DNA of 64,000 nucleotides, from assembly GCA_051294375.1 (NCBI GenBank), contig CM119270.1:19152600-19216599 (forward strand), read 5' to 3'. Below the pieces are notes generated by a model. That model saw only the letters and a program-made list of their open reading frames with translations, was not told the origin of the DNA and ran no database searches. Each line of letters starts with the position of its first letter. Position 1 is the first letter of the stretch. The stretch comes from Paraspadella gotoi (Eukaryota; Animalia; Chaetognatha). The position numbers and the translations under genes are program-made. Below are positions 47,879-58,559 of the stretch, piece after piece.

Positions 47879-48974
47879 TTAGACGATTTTCGTGACATTC
47901 GGATCCGGCGTGACCCCGAAAGGGTTCGGGGTCGAGTGATCGTGGTACCAAATGCCCACTCGACTTGAGACCAACCGGAAAAATTGCCGATAAGTCGGTT
48001 CCTTCGACGCGAGGAATTCGTGAGGTGTCCGGTCGGTCATCCAATAAATTCGGTTGGCACGAAGGATTCGTCCAAGGGGCAACAAATTCCTTAAGTAAAT
48101 TTGATTATAACTCTATCATTATAGGAAGTCTAAGAATCCAGAAAGATGGAATCGAATGGAACCGCATGGAACCGGATCAAAGACTTTGGAAGAAATCACC
48201 GAGATGGAATCGAGCTCTCTGATTGGTCGAGACAAGGATGGAACCGGCCAATATAATGGCGATAAAATAAGATAAAATTAAAATTACCGAGGATGTTGTT
48301 TTAATCTTTTATTTTCGTTGATTGAAAATTTTAATGGGTTAATTTTTTGAATCACTACACCTAAAAATTCTAGGTTTAAAATGTCCCCCAAAATGTGCAT
48401 AAAACCGCCTCCTATGAACAGTGATTCAAACTTTGCTTTCGATTAGTTGTTCTCAATAGCTAATAAATATCGGTCCAAACTTTCGGGACACCAATATCGT
48501 TATAGAATTCGATTTGTAGATAATAAACAATGATAATATAAACTAATAAAGTGCAACGGTTAGCTATTTTATAGAGGAATAGTTTATTAATGATTCGATA
48601 ATAAAAATAATTTAATGACTGACCTGAGATGTTCGACGTCGCCCGCCCGTCCGATGACCTCTTTGCCCGTTTCCTCGTCGGGCACAACTTTGCAATTAAA
48701 GGCTTGGCAAAAAGACTCCACGTTAGAGGCCATGAAAGTCCCGTCGTTGAGGACCATTCTCAGTCCCGCCTCGGGGTCGATCAACTTTTCCGCCCGCTCT
48801 CCATCCGTCCGCCTCGTCTTGGTTGCCCGTCCTACCACCGTTTCCCGCTCATCTCCCTCGTGCAATTCTTGAAACTCGGCTGGGACGACGTGGCAGCCGC
48901 CGAAGCCCACCCGGTGGGCGTGGTAGCGACGGCAGAAGCCGCCACCTTCGTTGGCCACGACCGTTTCTGCGACG
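47879..48974 (-). pseudogene. Last two exons of a conserved uncharacterised protein (MASNV / GDVEHLR / YWMTDRTPHE / RQFFRLV motifs); 5' exons not found
   Basis: Exon 48974-48624 (CCCAG|...CTCAG|GTCAG, 351 nt) splices in frame to exon 48089-47879. The sequence is GC-rich and codon-like, and its motifs are recalled from a widespread eukaryotic protein family. Confidence 0.7.
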
Positions 48975-49283
48975 CTGGGAAAATGTAGGGAGGGTAAGTC
49001 GAACTTTAAAGAAATTATTTACAACGTAGGTTTTACGTAGTAACTACGTATTACGTATTTTAGAATTGTGAGATTTAAAAGAAATGTAAACGGCTAAGAA
49101 TCTCTACGAAAGTTTTTGAAATTTGGTCAATAGTTTTTTTTGGGGGGGTGGGGGAAGAGGGGGAACATCACTATTTTGGGGAAACACAAATTGGAAACGA
49201 AAGAAAAAAGATAGAAAGATAAAAGATAAAAAGATTAAAAAAAACAAGAGTATCATGAGTTAGCAAATTAAATTAAGAAGTAT

Positions 49284-49425
49284 GGTGGACTAGCCCAGTG
49301 GTCGCCAAGCACTTAAGAGAGAGAGAGAGGCGCTTAACCCGCCTGTAACACAGCCTGATCCGAAGCTCAGGGAATGCTTATATTGGACGGTTCTGTCACA
49401 ACCCATAACGATTATTACTGTTTCT
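49284..49425 (+). mobile_element. Short interspersed repeat, possibly a tRNA-derived SINE (second copy ~51875-52045)
   Basis: Both copies share GGCGCTTAAC..GCCTGTAACAC...GCCTGATCCGAAGCTCAGGGA.TGCTTATATTG.ACGGTT.TGTCA. An A-box-like TAGCCCAGTGG is at 49291. Confidence 0.55.
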
Positions 49426-49848
49426 TCAGAAGATAGCAAATCGAAATCAACGAGATCAAAGATGTTGTTGGAATCAAATTATTACTTATTCGTCGATAAT
49501 AGATGGCAACGGTATTTTTTTTGGCTTTTTTTTGCACCCTAATGTCATGTGAAACAAATCAATCTTTTTTATAAATCTTAATAAAGATAATCTAATCTCG
49601 AGTGCTTTTTTAGTTTGACAGTTTTCTCAAACAACGTCGCTGCCAACACACCGAGATTAAAATTCCCTTTTCGTCTAAGCGTTTCTGATTTATTTTTAGC
49701 ATTTTTTTTTACTTTTAATTATTTTTAATTTAAAAAAAATGATAATATCTATTCTGTTGATTATAGTTTTGTTAAATATTCATTTTAAAAGAATTTATTT
49801 TTTAAAGGTTAAAGCGATTGATCTGTCCTCGTGACGACACTCCCTCGT

Positions 49849-49933
49849 TTTCTCTTTTCTGTTTTCTAGTTTCCGTTATCAGTTTTCTCTTTTCTGTTTT
49901 CTAGTTTCCGTTATCAGTTTTCTCTTTTCTGTT
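49849..49933. repeat. 36-bp direct repeat x~2.3
   Basis: TTTCTCTTTTCTGTTTTCTAGTTTCCGTTATCAGTT repeated. Confidence 0.8.
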
Positions 49934-50256
49934 TTTTATTTTCTGTTCGTCTTCGTCTTCTGACTTCTTTCTTTTTCCAAATTGCCATTTACTTCTTCAG
50001 TTTTTTTTTCCCGCGAAAGGGCGTGAAACGACTTTTCCCTCTTGGTTGACTTTTATTCAAATCAAATCCGATTCGAAGATTTTTTCGGAATGAAAATAAA
50101 TGAAAAAAATCTGATAATTCCCAAACTAAGAATACGGGTGCGAACGAACTCGCCATATCGATAATCACTTAAATACAGTCCTTTTTTTAACAAGATTTAA
50201 AGACGAATTAAAAAAGCCCGCATCTTTTTTCCCCCTGATATCCAAGCGTTCCTAAA

Positions 50257-53200
50257 ATGTCACGCGTAACATCGGACGGTGACGATGGCGGCGACGACTC
50301 GGACCTTCGCTTCGACGGCCAGGGTCTCAACTTTCGGGGGAAATACCTCGGCGAAGCTTCGGTGACGTCTTGGGACGAAATCACGTGTCAGCGGATCATC
50401 GCCCAAATGGTGGACGGATCGACGTCCAATCGTTGGACTAAATCCTCCTCTCAACAACAACAACAACCACAACCGCAATCCCCGCCTCGTAAAAAGCCGC
50501 GGGTCCTGATCAACGTGTCGACGTCTGACGGACTCAAGTTGATCGACGATAATAAACGAGTCACTCGTCGCTTTTCGATTTCCGATTTGCCTTTTGTCTC
50601 TCAATCGAAAGAAAAAGAAAGAATATTTTGTTTCGTCGCCACAAATCGTTCGATCGAGATAAACAACAACGACGACAAAGACCGACCGACCAGTAGTAGC
50701 GTCGCTAGTAACGACGACGATACATTAAAGAAGAAGGAAGAAAATGACCCGGATGTAATTGCGCCGACCTCTTCCTTCGCCGTCCACGTTTTCAAGATGG
50801 CGTCCTCGTCGGGCGGCGTGGTGAGGGCGTTGCGCGACGTCATCGGCGTCTTGAGTCGACGCGCCACCAAGCGACGTAAAAATCCCGACGAAGATATGGA
50901 CCAGCCGCGTCCTGGCGGAGACCGAGAACGTTGCAACTTCGCCAATGAAGAGAGCAAGACCGACCGACCGAAAAGGCCGCCTCGTAAAAACTCTAAAGGA
51001 ATGAAGAGAAAAGAATCGGAGGACGAAGTTTGTAAGTCGACGCCGATGAACGCGGATAGCGAGACGCTCTTTCCATTGAAGGAAGACGGGCTAATCGCCG
51101 AGGATGAGCGCCCTCCAGCGGGGATGGAAGATAAGAACGTCCTCGTAAAAGAAGACGACTCTTTGTCGGCCAACGTGTCGGCCAACGTGACGCCAATTTC
51201 GAGGCCGACAACGACGACCCCGTCGGATTCTTCGCCAATGTCTTCGCGGGCGAACGCCTTCCGTCGAAAGACGCCATCTTCACCGCAGATCGCCGTCGGT
51301 GCATCGCCTAAATCGCCCTTGAATTCGCCGCTGAGTTCGCCGCTGGGTTCGCCGCTGGGTTCGCCGCTAAATTCGCCGAGGTCTGCTCGCCCGGAAACGA
51401 TCGCGGGAAGCCCGAGATGCAGCTCCGGGGCGACCGAATCCAACTGCGCTCCTGCCGCTACCCCTGCTGCCGCTACCCCTGCTGCTGCTGCCTCCGTCTC
51501 GGCCAGCCCAAGCACCGCTGCTATAACCTCCGTCGCTGCCGCCACCACCCCAACCCCGACCTCGGCCACCCCCACCGACGTTTTCGTGGCGAAGAAACTC
51601 GGTCCTCCGCCGAAACTCTCTGGGTCGAATAAACGTGACGACGATCTCTTACTTTATTCTTACGGCGTCGAGTTCAGCGCTAAATTGTTGGGAGACGTCG
51701 ACGTCTCTGCTGACGCCTTTGCCGCGGACAAGATGGCCGCCAGCGAAAATTGTTTTGCCAGGCTTAAGGTATGTTAAGACAAGTTGGCAGCCGACGAGAA
51801 TTGTTTTGAGCGGCTTAAGAAGAAGAAAAAAAAGACTAAAATCCACCAACCGTTCATCAGCGGCCATTGGTGCAGGAGGGTTTTAGTTCGGTGATCGCCA
51901 ACCAGATAAGAGGGACGGGGCGCTTAACGCGCCTGTAACACGGTGTTAAAGCCTGATCCGAAGCTCAGGGACTGCTTATATTGAACGGTTTTGTCATTAA
52001 CTCAGAACAATAATTACTGTCTTTTCACTACTTGATAATCCATTTTCTGCGTTGGTAAGTTAAGACAAGATGGCTGTCAGTGAGAATTTCAAAGCGAGGC
52101 TTAAGGTGAATTTAGAAAAAATGGCCGCCCGTAGAAAGAAGGCCACCAGCGAAAATTTCCTCGCTGGGCTTAAGGTAAGTTAAGATCAGACGGCTGTCAG
52201 CGAGAATTGTTCCGACAAGCTTAAGGTACGTACTGAGGCGACTTANNNNNNNNNNTACTGTCTCTTCACTACTTGATAATCCACTCTCTGCGTTGGTAAG
52301 TTAAGACAAGATGGCTATCAGTGAGAATTTCAAAGCGAGGCTTAAGGTGAATTTAGAAAAAATGGCCGCCCGTAGAAAGAAGGCCATCAGCGAAAATTGC
52401 CACGCTGGGCTTAAGGTAAGTTATGATCAGTCGTACTATGTTAATGTATTGCGAGGTTGGTTAGGCAAAAAGCCATTTTCAAAATTATTATGTTTATTGA
52501 ATGAAAAAATAATTGTTGTTTCGTTTTACTTTATTTTATGATTTTTCTTTTCATATAAAAGTAGTAATTCTCTCAACCCTCCACCTTCCACCCTCTCCCC
52601 CCCCCAGGCCACCCTCGCCTCCTCCTCATCCTCCTCCTCCCTCTCGTGGCGACCGAGAAAACAACGCGTCGTCGTCGACGTCTCGCTCTCCGGCGTCGTC
52701 GTCGTCGAGGAGAAGTCCCGACGCCTCCTTCATCACCATCGCGTCGCCGACGTCGTCTTCATCGCCTTCGACGTCGCCGACCCCAAAAACTGCGGCTACA
52801 TCGTCGGACAAAACGGATCTAAAAATAGATTCATCGGGATTCGATCCGTGGAGAAATCCGCCAACGAGTTCGTCGCCGCCCTTCAGGTGGTCATGGGTCT
52901 CTCTTGCGAGATGGACGTCGTCAGGCAGCAGGCAGGCGGCAGGCAGCAGGCAGCAGGCAGTAGGCAGCAGGCGTTGGAGGGTCGGCGTGAGTCGCCGAGA
53001 CAACGGCGGTTGCGGGGAGAGGAAGAGCGTGAGGCAGAACGAGATGATGATGAAGGAGAACGTGTGAAAGGGAAGGAAATTGATCAAACAGATTCGGTCT
53101 TGGATACAGATGGCGCTGAGATGGGGTCGGAATTGGAAATGGGCGAGAAGAAAGGGGAAGGAATGACTCTTGCTCCAACTGAAGTTAAAAATGATGTTGT

Positions 53201-53447
53201 GAAAGAAGTTAAAGAAATTAAAGATGATGCTGTAAAAGAAGTTAAGGAAGTTAAAGAGATTGCTGTAAAAGAAATTACAGCAGCAACAGAACCAGGAACA
53301 GCAGCAAAAGAAGAACCCACGGATAAAGTGATGGAGAAAGAAATGGAAGATGTAGAGAAAGGTTTTCGTGCTGTTGTCGAAAGGGGCGAAACTCTGATGG
53401 AATCGTTGTTGCGTCTTGAGCGGCAATTGAATTCTTGCTGTCGCTGA
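50257..53447 (+). CDS. Disabled (Dab)-like adaptor with two PTB domains, 783 aa in a two-exon model
   Basis: Exon 1 50257-51768 (504 codons, AAG|GTATGT) and exon 2 52608-53447 (CCCCAG|). PTB1: RFDGQGLNFRGKYLG...RVLINVSTSDGLKLID...RIFCFV. PTB2: GVEFSAKLLG...KQRVVVDVSLSGVVVVEEKSRRLLHHHRVADVVFIAFDVADPKNCGYIVGQNGSKNRFIGIR, collinear with the Dab1/2 PTB. Confidence 0.85.
51727..52425 (+). repeat. Tandem ~51-bp copies of the exon-1 3' end plus splice donor
   Basis: Unit GACAAGATGGCCGCCAGCGAAAATTGTTTTGCCAGGCTTAAG|GT recurs with variation at ~51778, 52064, 52120, 52185, 52304 and 52360. Confidence 0.8.
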
Positions 53448-53842
53448 CTCTACTTGCCATTTCAGTCCACGAGAGCAACATTAAATACTTTTATAAGGTG
53501 AAATTAAAGTCTGTGATTGAACAATTCAAAAATGACTCGTTCAAAATTACAAAATTATTTTCTAAATAATCCAAGCCCTTGATAAATTTGGGCAATCGTC
53601 GGGTAATGATTTTTATTGATTAATTTTGAATTAAAATTGAATATTAAATAATAGGTTTTAAAAAAATATTGAATAAATACTAGTAGAAATTACTAACGTC
53701 ATTAAATATTTCAATGTACGATTGCCCTCGACTAATTCTAATTCTATAAAAGATAGATTTTATTTTGATTATTTTATTTTTATTCATTACATGATCTACA
53801 TCAGAGATAGAAAAACAAGCTTTCAGGCGCAAAAATACCTAT

Positions 53843-54070
53843 CTGATGACGTCAATCAGATGACGTCATCACTTCCGGTCATGACGTCATCACTTCCGGT
53901 TATGACGTCATCATTGTTGTTTATGACGTTACCCAAAAATACCTGTATAATGACGTCATCACTTTCGTTTAGACTGAGGTCACCCATGGTTTTGACGTCA
54001 TCACTTTAGATTCTGCTATTGTCGATCGAGTTATTGCATTATCTTATGACTGCGTCACAGATGACGTCAT
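53843..54070. promoter_or_regulatory. CRE/ETS motif array (21-bp unit ATGACGTCATCACTTCCGGTC), copy 1
   Basis: 7 perfect TGACGTCA palindromes and 2 CACTTCCGG sites. Confidence 0.7.
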
Positions 54071-54795
54071 TCTCACTATTTCAACATTTGATGTAATATT
54101 TTTATCTCGTTCATCATCTTTTCTATTAATTAGAAAAATTACTTTTAAACTTTAAATTAAAACAATATTCGATTTCCTTAAACAAATCATTTGTCTTTAA
54201 TTTGCTTGAGATCGAGAGACACTTCCCTGCGGATATTCGTAGAAAAAACGAAAGATAAAAGCGAACTGCAACTGTAAATATTTTTTTTTGTAAGCAACTT
54301 TATAAATCACCCGCTTTATTTAGCTATATTTTATTCATTAATCAAACTAATTAATCAATTTTTTTTCTTACGTTAAATCATCGATACATAAAACTAATTC
54401 ATTAATTTAATTATTTTTTCGACAAAGAGACAAGAGGAAGATTTTTTTTCGCCGCAATCCATCATCGTCCGTTTAAACCTTTGAGCAAGGAAAACAATCT
54501 TTAATTATAATATTTTTTTCTCTTTAAAAGATTATTTACCGTTGCTCACCTTATAATTTATTTGTCATTTTTATTTTTTCTTTTTTTCGCTCCCCCTTTG
54601 GCTACTTCTTTAGCTTATTTGAGCAGAGAAAACAATTTTTTTTATTATAAAGAATTTTTTATTTAAAAGACTTATCACCATTTACTTTTTCTTGTTTAAC
54701 TCTTTAGTATTTTTTATCTGATCGTCTCTCCTTAAGCAAACAAACTACTTTTTAGTAGATCTTTTCTTACCCAATAATTTTCTCTTTTCCCCCCT

Positions 54796-55053
54796 TTAAT
54801 TTTCTTCTAAAAACTTTGTGAGGTCGTCGAATATAGCTGTATTAATAAAATACAATTTTAATATATTATTAATGACGTAATTTAAATATCAGCGAATAAT
54901 GTCATCATTTTACAACTGACCTTGAATTTCTTTGAGTTTGACTAGTAATTCTTTCTTTGGTCGTGGAGGTGGATTTGGAGGTGGTTTTGGAGGTGGTTTT
55001 GGAGGGGGATTCTTTGGCCTCGTCATCGTCGTCGTTGTTTTTCTCGTGTTTAT
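54796..55053 (-). CDS. Last two coding exons of a proline-rich orphan gene, copy 1
   Basis: Exons 55053-54921 and 54836-54796 give INTRKTTTTMTRPKNPPPKPPPKPPPNPPPRPKKELLVKLKEIQ-AIFDDLTKFLEEN*. Confidence 0.7.
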
Positions 55054-55113
55054 CTTTTAAAAGAATAGAAAAGAGAAAAGAAACATTAAAGAGAGGGAAA
55101 TTATAGGCGAGAC

Positions 55114-55154
<41 letters not shown>

Positions 55155-55184
55155 AAATAGGCGTTCAGACGCAAAAATACCAAT

Positions 55185-55505
55185 CTGATGACGTCATCAG
55201 ATGACGTCATCACTTTCGGTCATACGTCCATCACTTCCGGTCATGACGTCATCACTTCCGGTCATGACGTCATCATTTCCGGTCATGACGTCATCACTTC
55301 TGGTCATGATGTCACTACTTCAGCTCTTGACGTATCACTTCTATACATAATACCTGTCATGAAGATGACGTTATCACTTCTGGTTAAGACATCATCTCAT
55401 TCTGTCATGACATCATCTTCTCTGGTCATGATGTCACTACTTCAGCTCTTGACGTATCACTTCTATACATAATACCTGTATAATGATGTCACCACTGATG
55501 TCATT
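55185..55505. promoter_or_regulatory. CRE/ETS motif array, copy 2
   Basis: 5 perfect TGACGTCA sites plus degenerate 21-bp units with CACTTCCGG/CACTTCTGG. Confidence 0.7.
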
Positions 55506-56319
55506 ACTTAGATCGCCTTCCCTCTATTTCAACATTTGATTCAATAATTCAATGTGCGATAATTTTGTCTTTGAAACTTTAAACAATAAATAATATCCCT
55601 AAACAAACCATTTTGTTTGTTATTTATTTATTTATTTACTTATTTACTTATTTACTTATTTATTTATTATAATTCAATGTGTGATAATTATGTCTTTGAA
55701 ACCTTAAACAATAAATAATATCTCTAAACAAATCATTTGTTTTTTTCAAATTGCTTGAGATCGAAAAACGCTCTCGCGGATATTTGTAGAAGAAAAAACA
55801 AAAGATAAAAGCGAACTGCCACTTCTAATATTTTTTTTGGAAGCAAACTTTATAAATCACTTGCCTTTTTAGCTAGCTTTTATTTATTAATAAAACTGAT
55901 TAATCTATTTCTTTTTAACGTTAAATCATCGATACATATAACTAATTTTATTAACTAATTTGAAAAAATGAGAAATATTTTGACATTAATCATTCCTTCG
56001 CCCGTCATTGTCCAATCATCCGTGTAAAACCTTTGAGCAAGGAAAACAATCTTTAATTATAATATTCTTTCTTCAAAAGATTATGAACCATGCTCACCCT
56101 ATAATTTATTTGTCATCCCCTTTTTCCACCCGGTTTTTGACTTCTATAACCTATTTGAGTAGAGAAAACATTTTTTTTATTATAAAATCTATACTTAAAA
56201 GATTTTAATCTCTATATAATTTCTATCTTGTTTAACCTTTTTATATTTTTTTCTATTTGATCGCCTCTCCTTGAGCAAAGATTTTTTTAAAGATTTTTGC
56301 TTACCTAATAATTTTTTTT

Positions 56320-56566
56320 CTAATTCTCCTCTAAAAATTTTGTTAGATCGTCGAAGATTGCTGCATTAATAAGATCCAATTTTAATATTAATGACGTAAT
56401 TTAAATATTGGTGAATAATGTTGACATTTTCTAACTGACCTTGAATTTCTTTTAGTCTTTGTATTATTTCTTTATTTGGACGAGGTGGAGGGGTTGGTGG
56501 AGGTTCCTTTGGCCTCGTCTTCGTCGTCGTCGTCTTCGTCGTCGTCGTCGTTCCTTTTGGGTTTGT
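56320..56566 (-). CDS. Last two coding exons of a proline-rich orphan gene, copy 2
   Basis: Exons 56566-56440 and 56360-56320 give TNPKGTTTTTKTTTTKTRPKEPPPTPPPRPNKEIIQRLKEIQ-AIFDDLTKFLEEN*. Splice sites are equivalent to copy 1. Confidence 0.72.
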
Positions 56567-56930
56567 CTTTAAAAAAAGATAGAAGAAAAGAAACATTAAA
56601 GTATAAATTTGTTATGTATTACTAAAAATACCCGCGATTTATATAACCAAAGCAGCATCAACCCAAATTTGGTTTACATATTATTCTATGCTATTGAATG
56701 CGAGAATTTATATATTATTTCCTAATAAGCGATACAATAGAACTAAAAAAAACTAAACTACTATGATCTCAACATGATTAATTATATTTAAACCCCTAAC
56801 CCTAATACCTAATCTTATTTACCTGACAACCTGTCAATTTTAATAAAACACCCTTTCAACTGTTTTCCGCTCCTCAAAGTTAATGTTGTGGCAGCAAGAC
56901 TTAAAGCTGCCTCACTGCTGTCCGTCCTCA

Positions 56931-57140
56931 GCCTCGTCTCAATGGCTGAGCAGGCTAAATCATCTCATTCCATCCGTGCGTCCCGGGTTCAATCCCTGGG
57001 TATCCCGGTTCTGGCTTAAATGTGACGGTGCCGGTATAAACATGCCAGTGACAGGAGGCGGTCACTGAGGGTCCGCAGCCCCTACGCCAGTTGGTGAGAT
57101 ACCCCGCGCCCCGGGTATCACAGGCTATCCTCCCGTTGCC
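56931..57140 (+). mobile_element. tRNA-derived SINE-like insertion
   Basis: Pol III A box TGGCTGAGCAGG (56943) and B box GGTTCAATCCC (56986) at tRNA-like spacing, followed by a GC-rich body. No full cloverleaf. Confidence 0.55.
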
Positions 57141-58470
57141 ATAATGTATTCATCTCCACCTCTTTCTCACTCTCCTCATCTTCTTCAACAATCAATTCCA
57201 TCATCTCTTCCTCATATTCTGTACTGTCTGGATAGTCATCTTCGTCTTCAATCTTAAATTCACAATCCATCTTCCTTCTCCACTTCATCTTCCTCTAGTT
57301 CAGCGTCGCTTGTCAAATTATTCTTTACTTTTTCTATAACGTTGTGCAAACGCAATTTCTTATCCTCTAAGTTGCATCTTGTCTTTACTCTTTCATCGTC
57401 GTCTATTATTATTATCCTATCGTTTGTTGGTATGAATTGTCGAGAATAGTTTTCAGTGTTTACTTCTAGCGACGGGAACATGACGTCGACCTCGGTGCTT
57501 TTCTTTCTATCCATTTCCGCCTCTTCTCTCTCTTTACTTTCTTTCTTCTCTCTCGCTTTAATTTGGAAATCTAATAACTTTTTGATCTTTCTTTTTTTCT
57601 TCATTATATCTTTTTTGTGCTCCTTCTGCTTTTCTTCTACCTCCTGAATTTTCTTGAGATATTCTGTAAATTCAGTTTCGTAATTAGTATTTTGTTTTTC
57701 AGTCACGTCGATCGATGGAGTCGTTGTTTCTGATGACTTTTTTTTGCTGAATGGTTATGGGATCTTGTTGATAATGCGGCGCCGAGACTAATTGAACGCG
57801 AGGCGAGGAATTGTTGGGAGGATGTAGTTAGGGTGTGTCGATGAATTGAGTGTGAGGTGGATTGGGAAATGTCGTCATACGAACTTGAGGGCGTTGTAAA
57901 GGTGACGGAGGTGCGGGTGGAGTAAAAATTATTGGCATTTGAGAGAGACGGGAAGTAGGGATTATCGATGGGATCGTAGATTGAGACAGAGAAGTTGGTC
58001 TCCATTGTTGAGACGTTGATGACATCGTCGCATGAAAGTATGTTGGTCTTGATTGCTGAGACACGAGAACGTGATTCTGTTGCAACGCCATTCGCATATG
58101 GGTTAACTTAATCTCCTGCTCTTTTATCTTTTGTTGTTGTTGATGCAGCAACATCGATTGATGGTTCATGTGGTGCACCTGTTGATTTTGTATATGTCTA
58201 AGGCTTATTATCTCTTCTTCTTGCTTGTTGGTCATTAAGTAAATGGCAAAATTTTTTCCTATATCTTTAATCGTCGGAGCATTTTGCGGAATAATTTTTT
58301 TAGCGTTTTTTAAAATCAATTCTGAAGCTCCGTGTATTCCCCACTGTAATGTGGGTTGTACGGTATTGTTCGAGCTTGCAAAAATTGGTGTTAAAATAGC
58401 AGTATCTAACTGCTTCCTTGACAGTTACCTGACTGTCCATTTCCTTGGCTGTTTGATCGGTAGAATTCAT
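57140..58470 (-). pseudogene. Fragmented Polinton accessory ORF (Q-rich, S/T-rich, coiled-coil and acidic segments)
   Basis: Overlapping same-strand ORFs 57828-58319, 57703-58005 and 57260-57706, plus a frameshifted acidic tail to ~57140. A polyT-AG acceptor lies at ~58473. Confidence 0.5.
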
Positions 58471-58559
58471 TTTCTAAAAAAAAAAAAAAAAATAATAACT
58501 TTCGTGAGCTACTATATATAATAATTGGTCGGACTCTAAAGCTTCATTCATTATAAAAA

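Larger units (their letters stand above)
53803..55090. mobile_element. Relic of a related Polinton terminus (diverged direct repeat of ~55145-56600)
   Basis: Collinear with 55145-56600, from CGCAAAAATACC.ATCTGATGACGTCA through GAAAAGAAACATTAAAG, with many substitutions and indels. Confidence 0.6.

Noticed and set aside
50601-51575. 324-aa antisense ORF (also 52626-53426 and 63045-63500)
   Set aside because: Shadow frames opposite GC-rich genuine coding sequence.
53843-55505. CRISPR-like array
   Set aside because: Head-to-tail units without unique spacers, eukaryotic context, no cas genes.
56931-57010. Functional tRNA gene
   Set aside because: A and B boxes are present, but there are no convincing acceptor and anticodon stems; treated as a SINE head.
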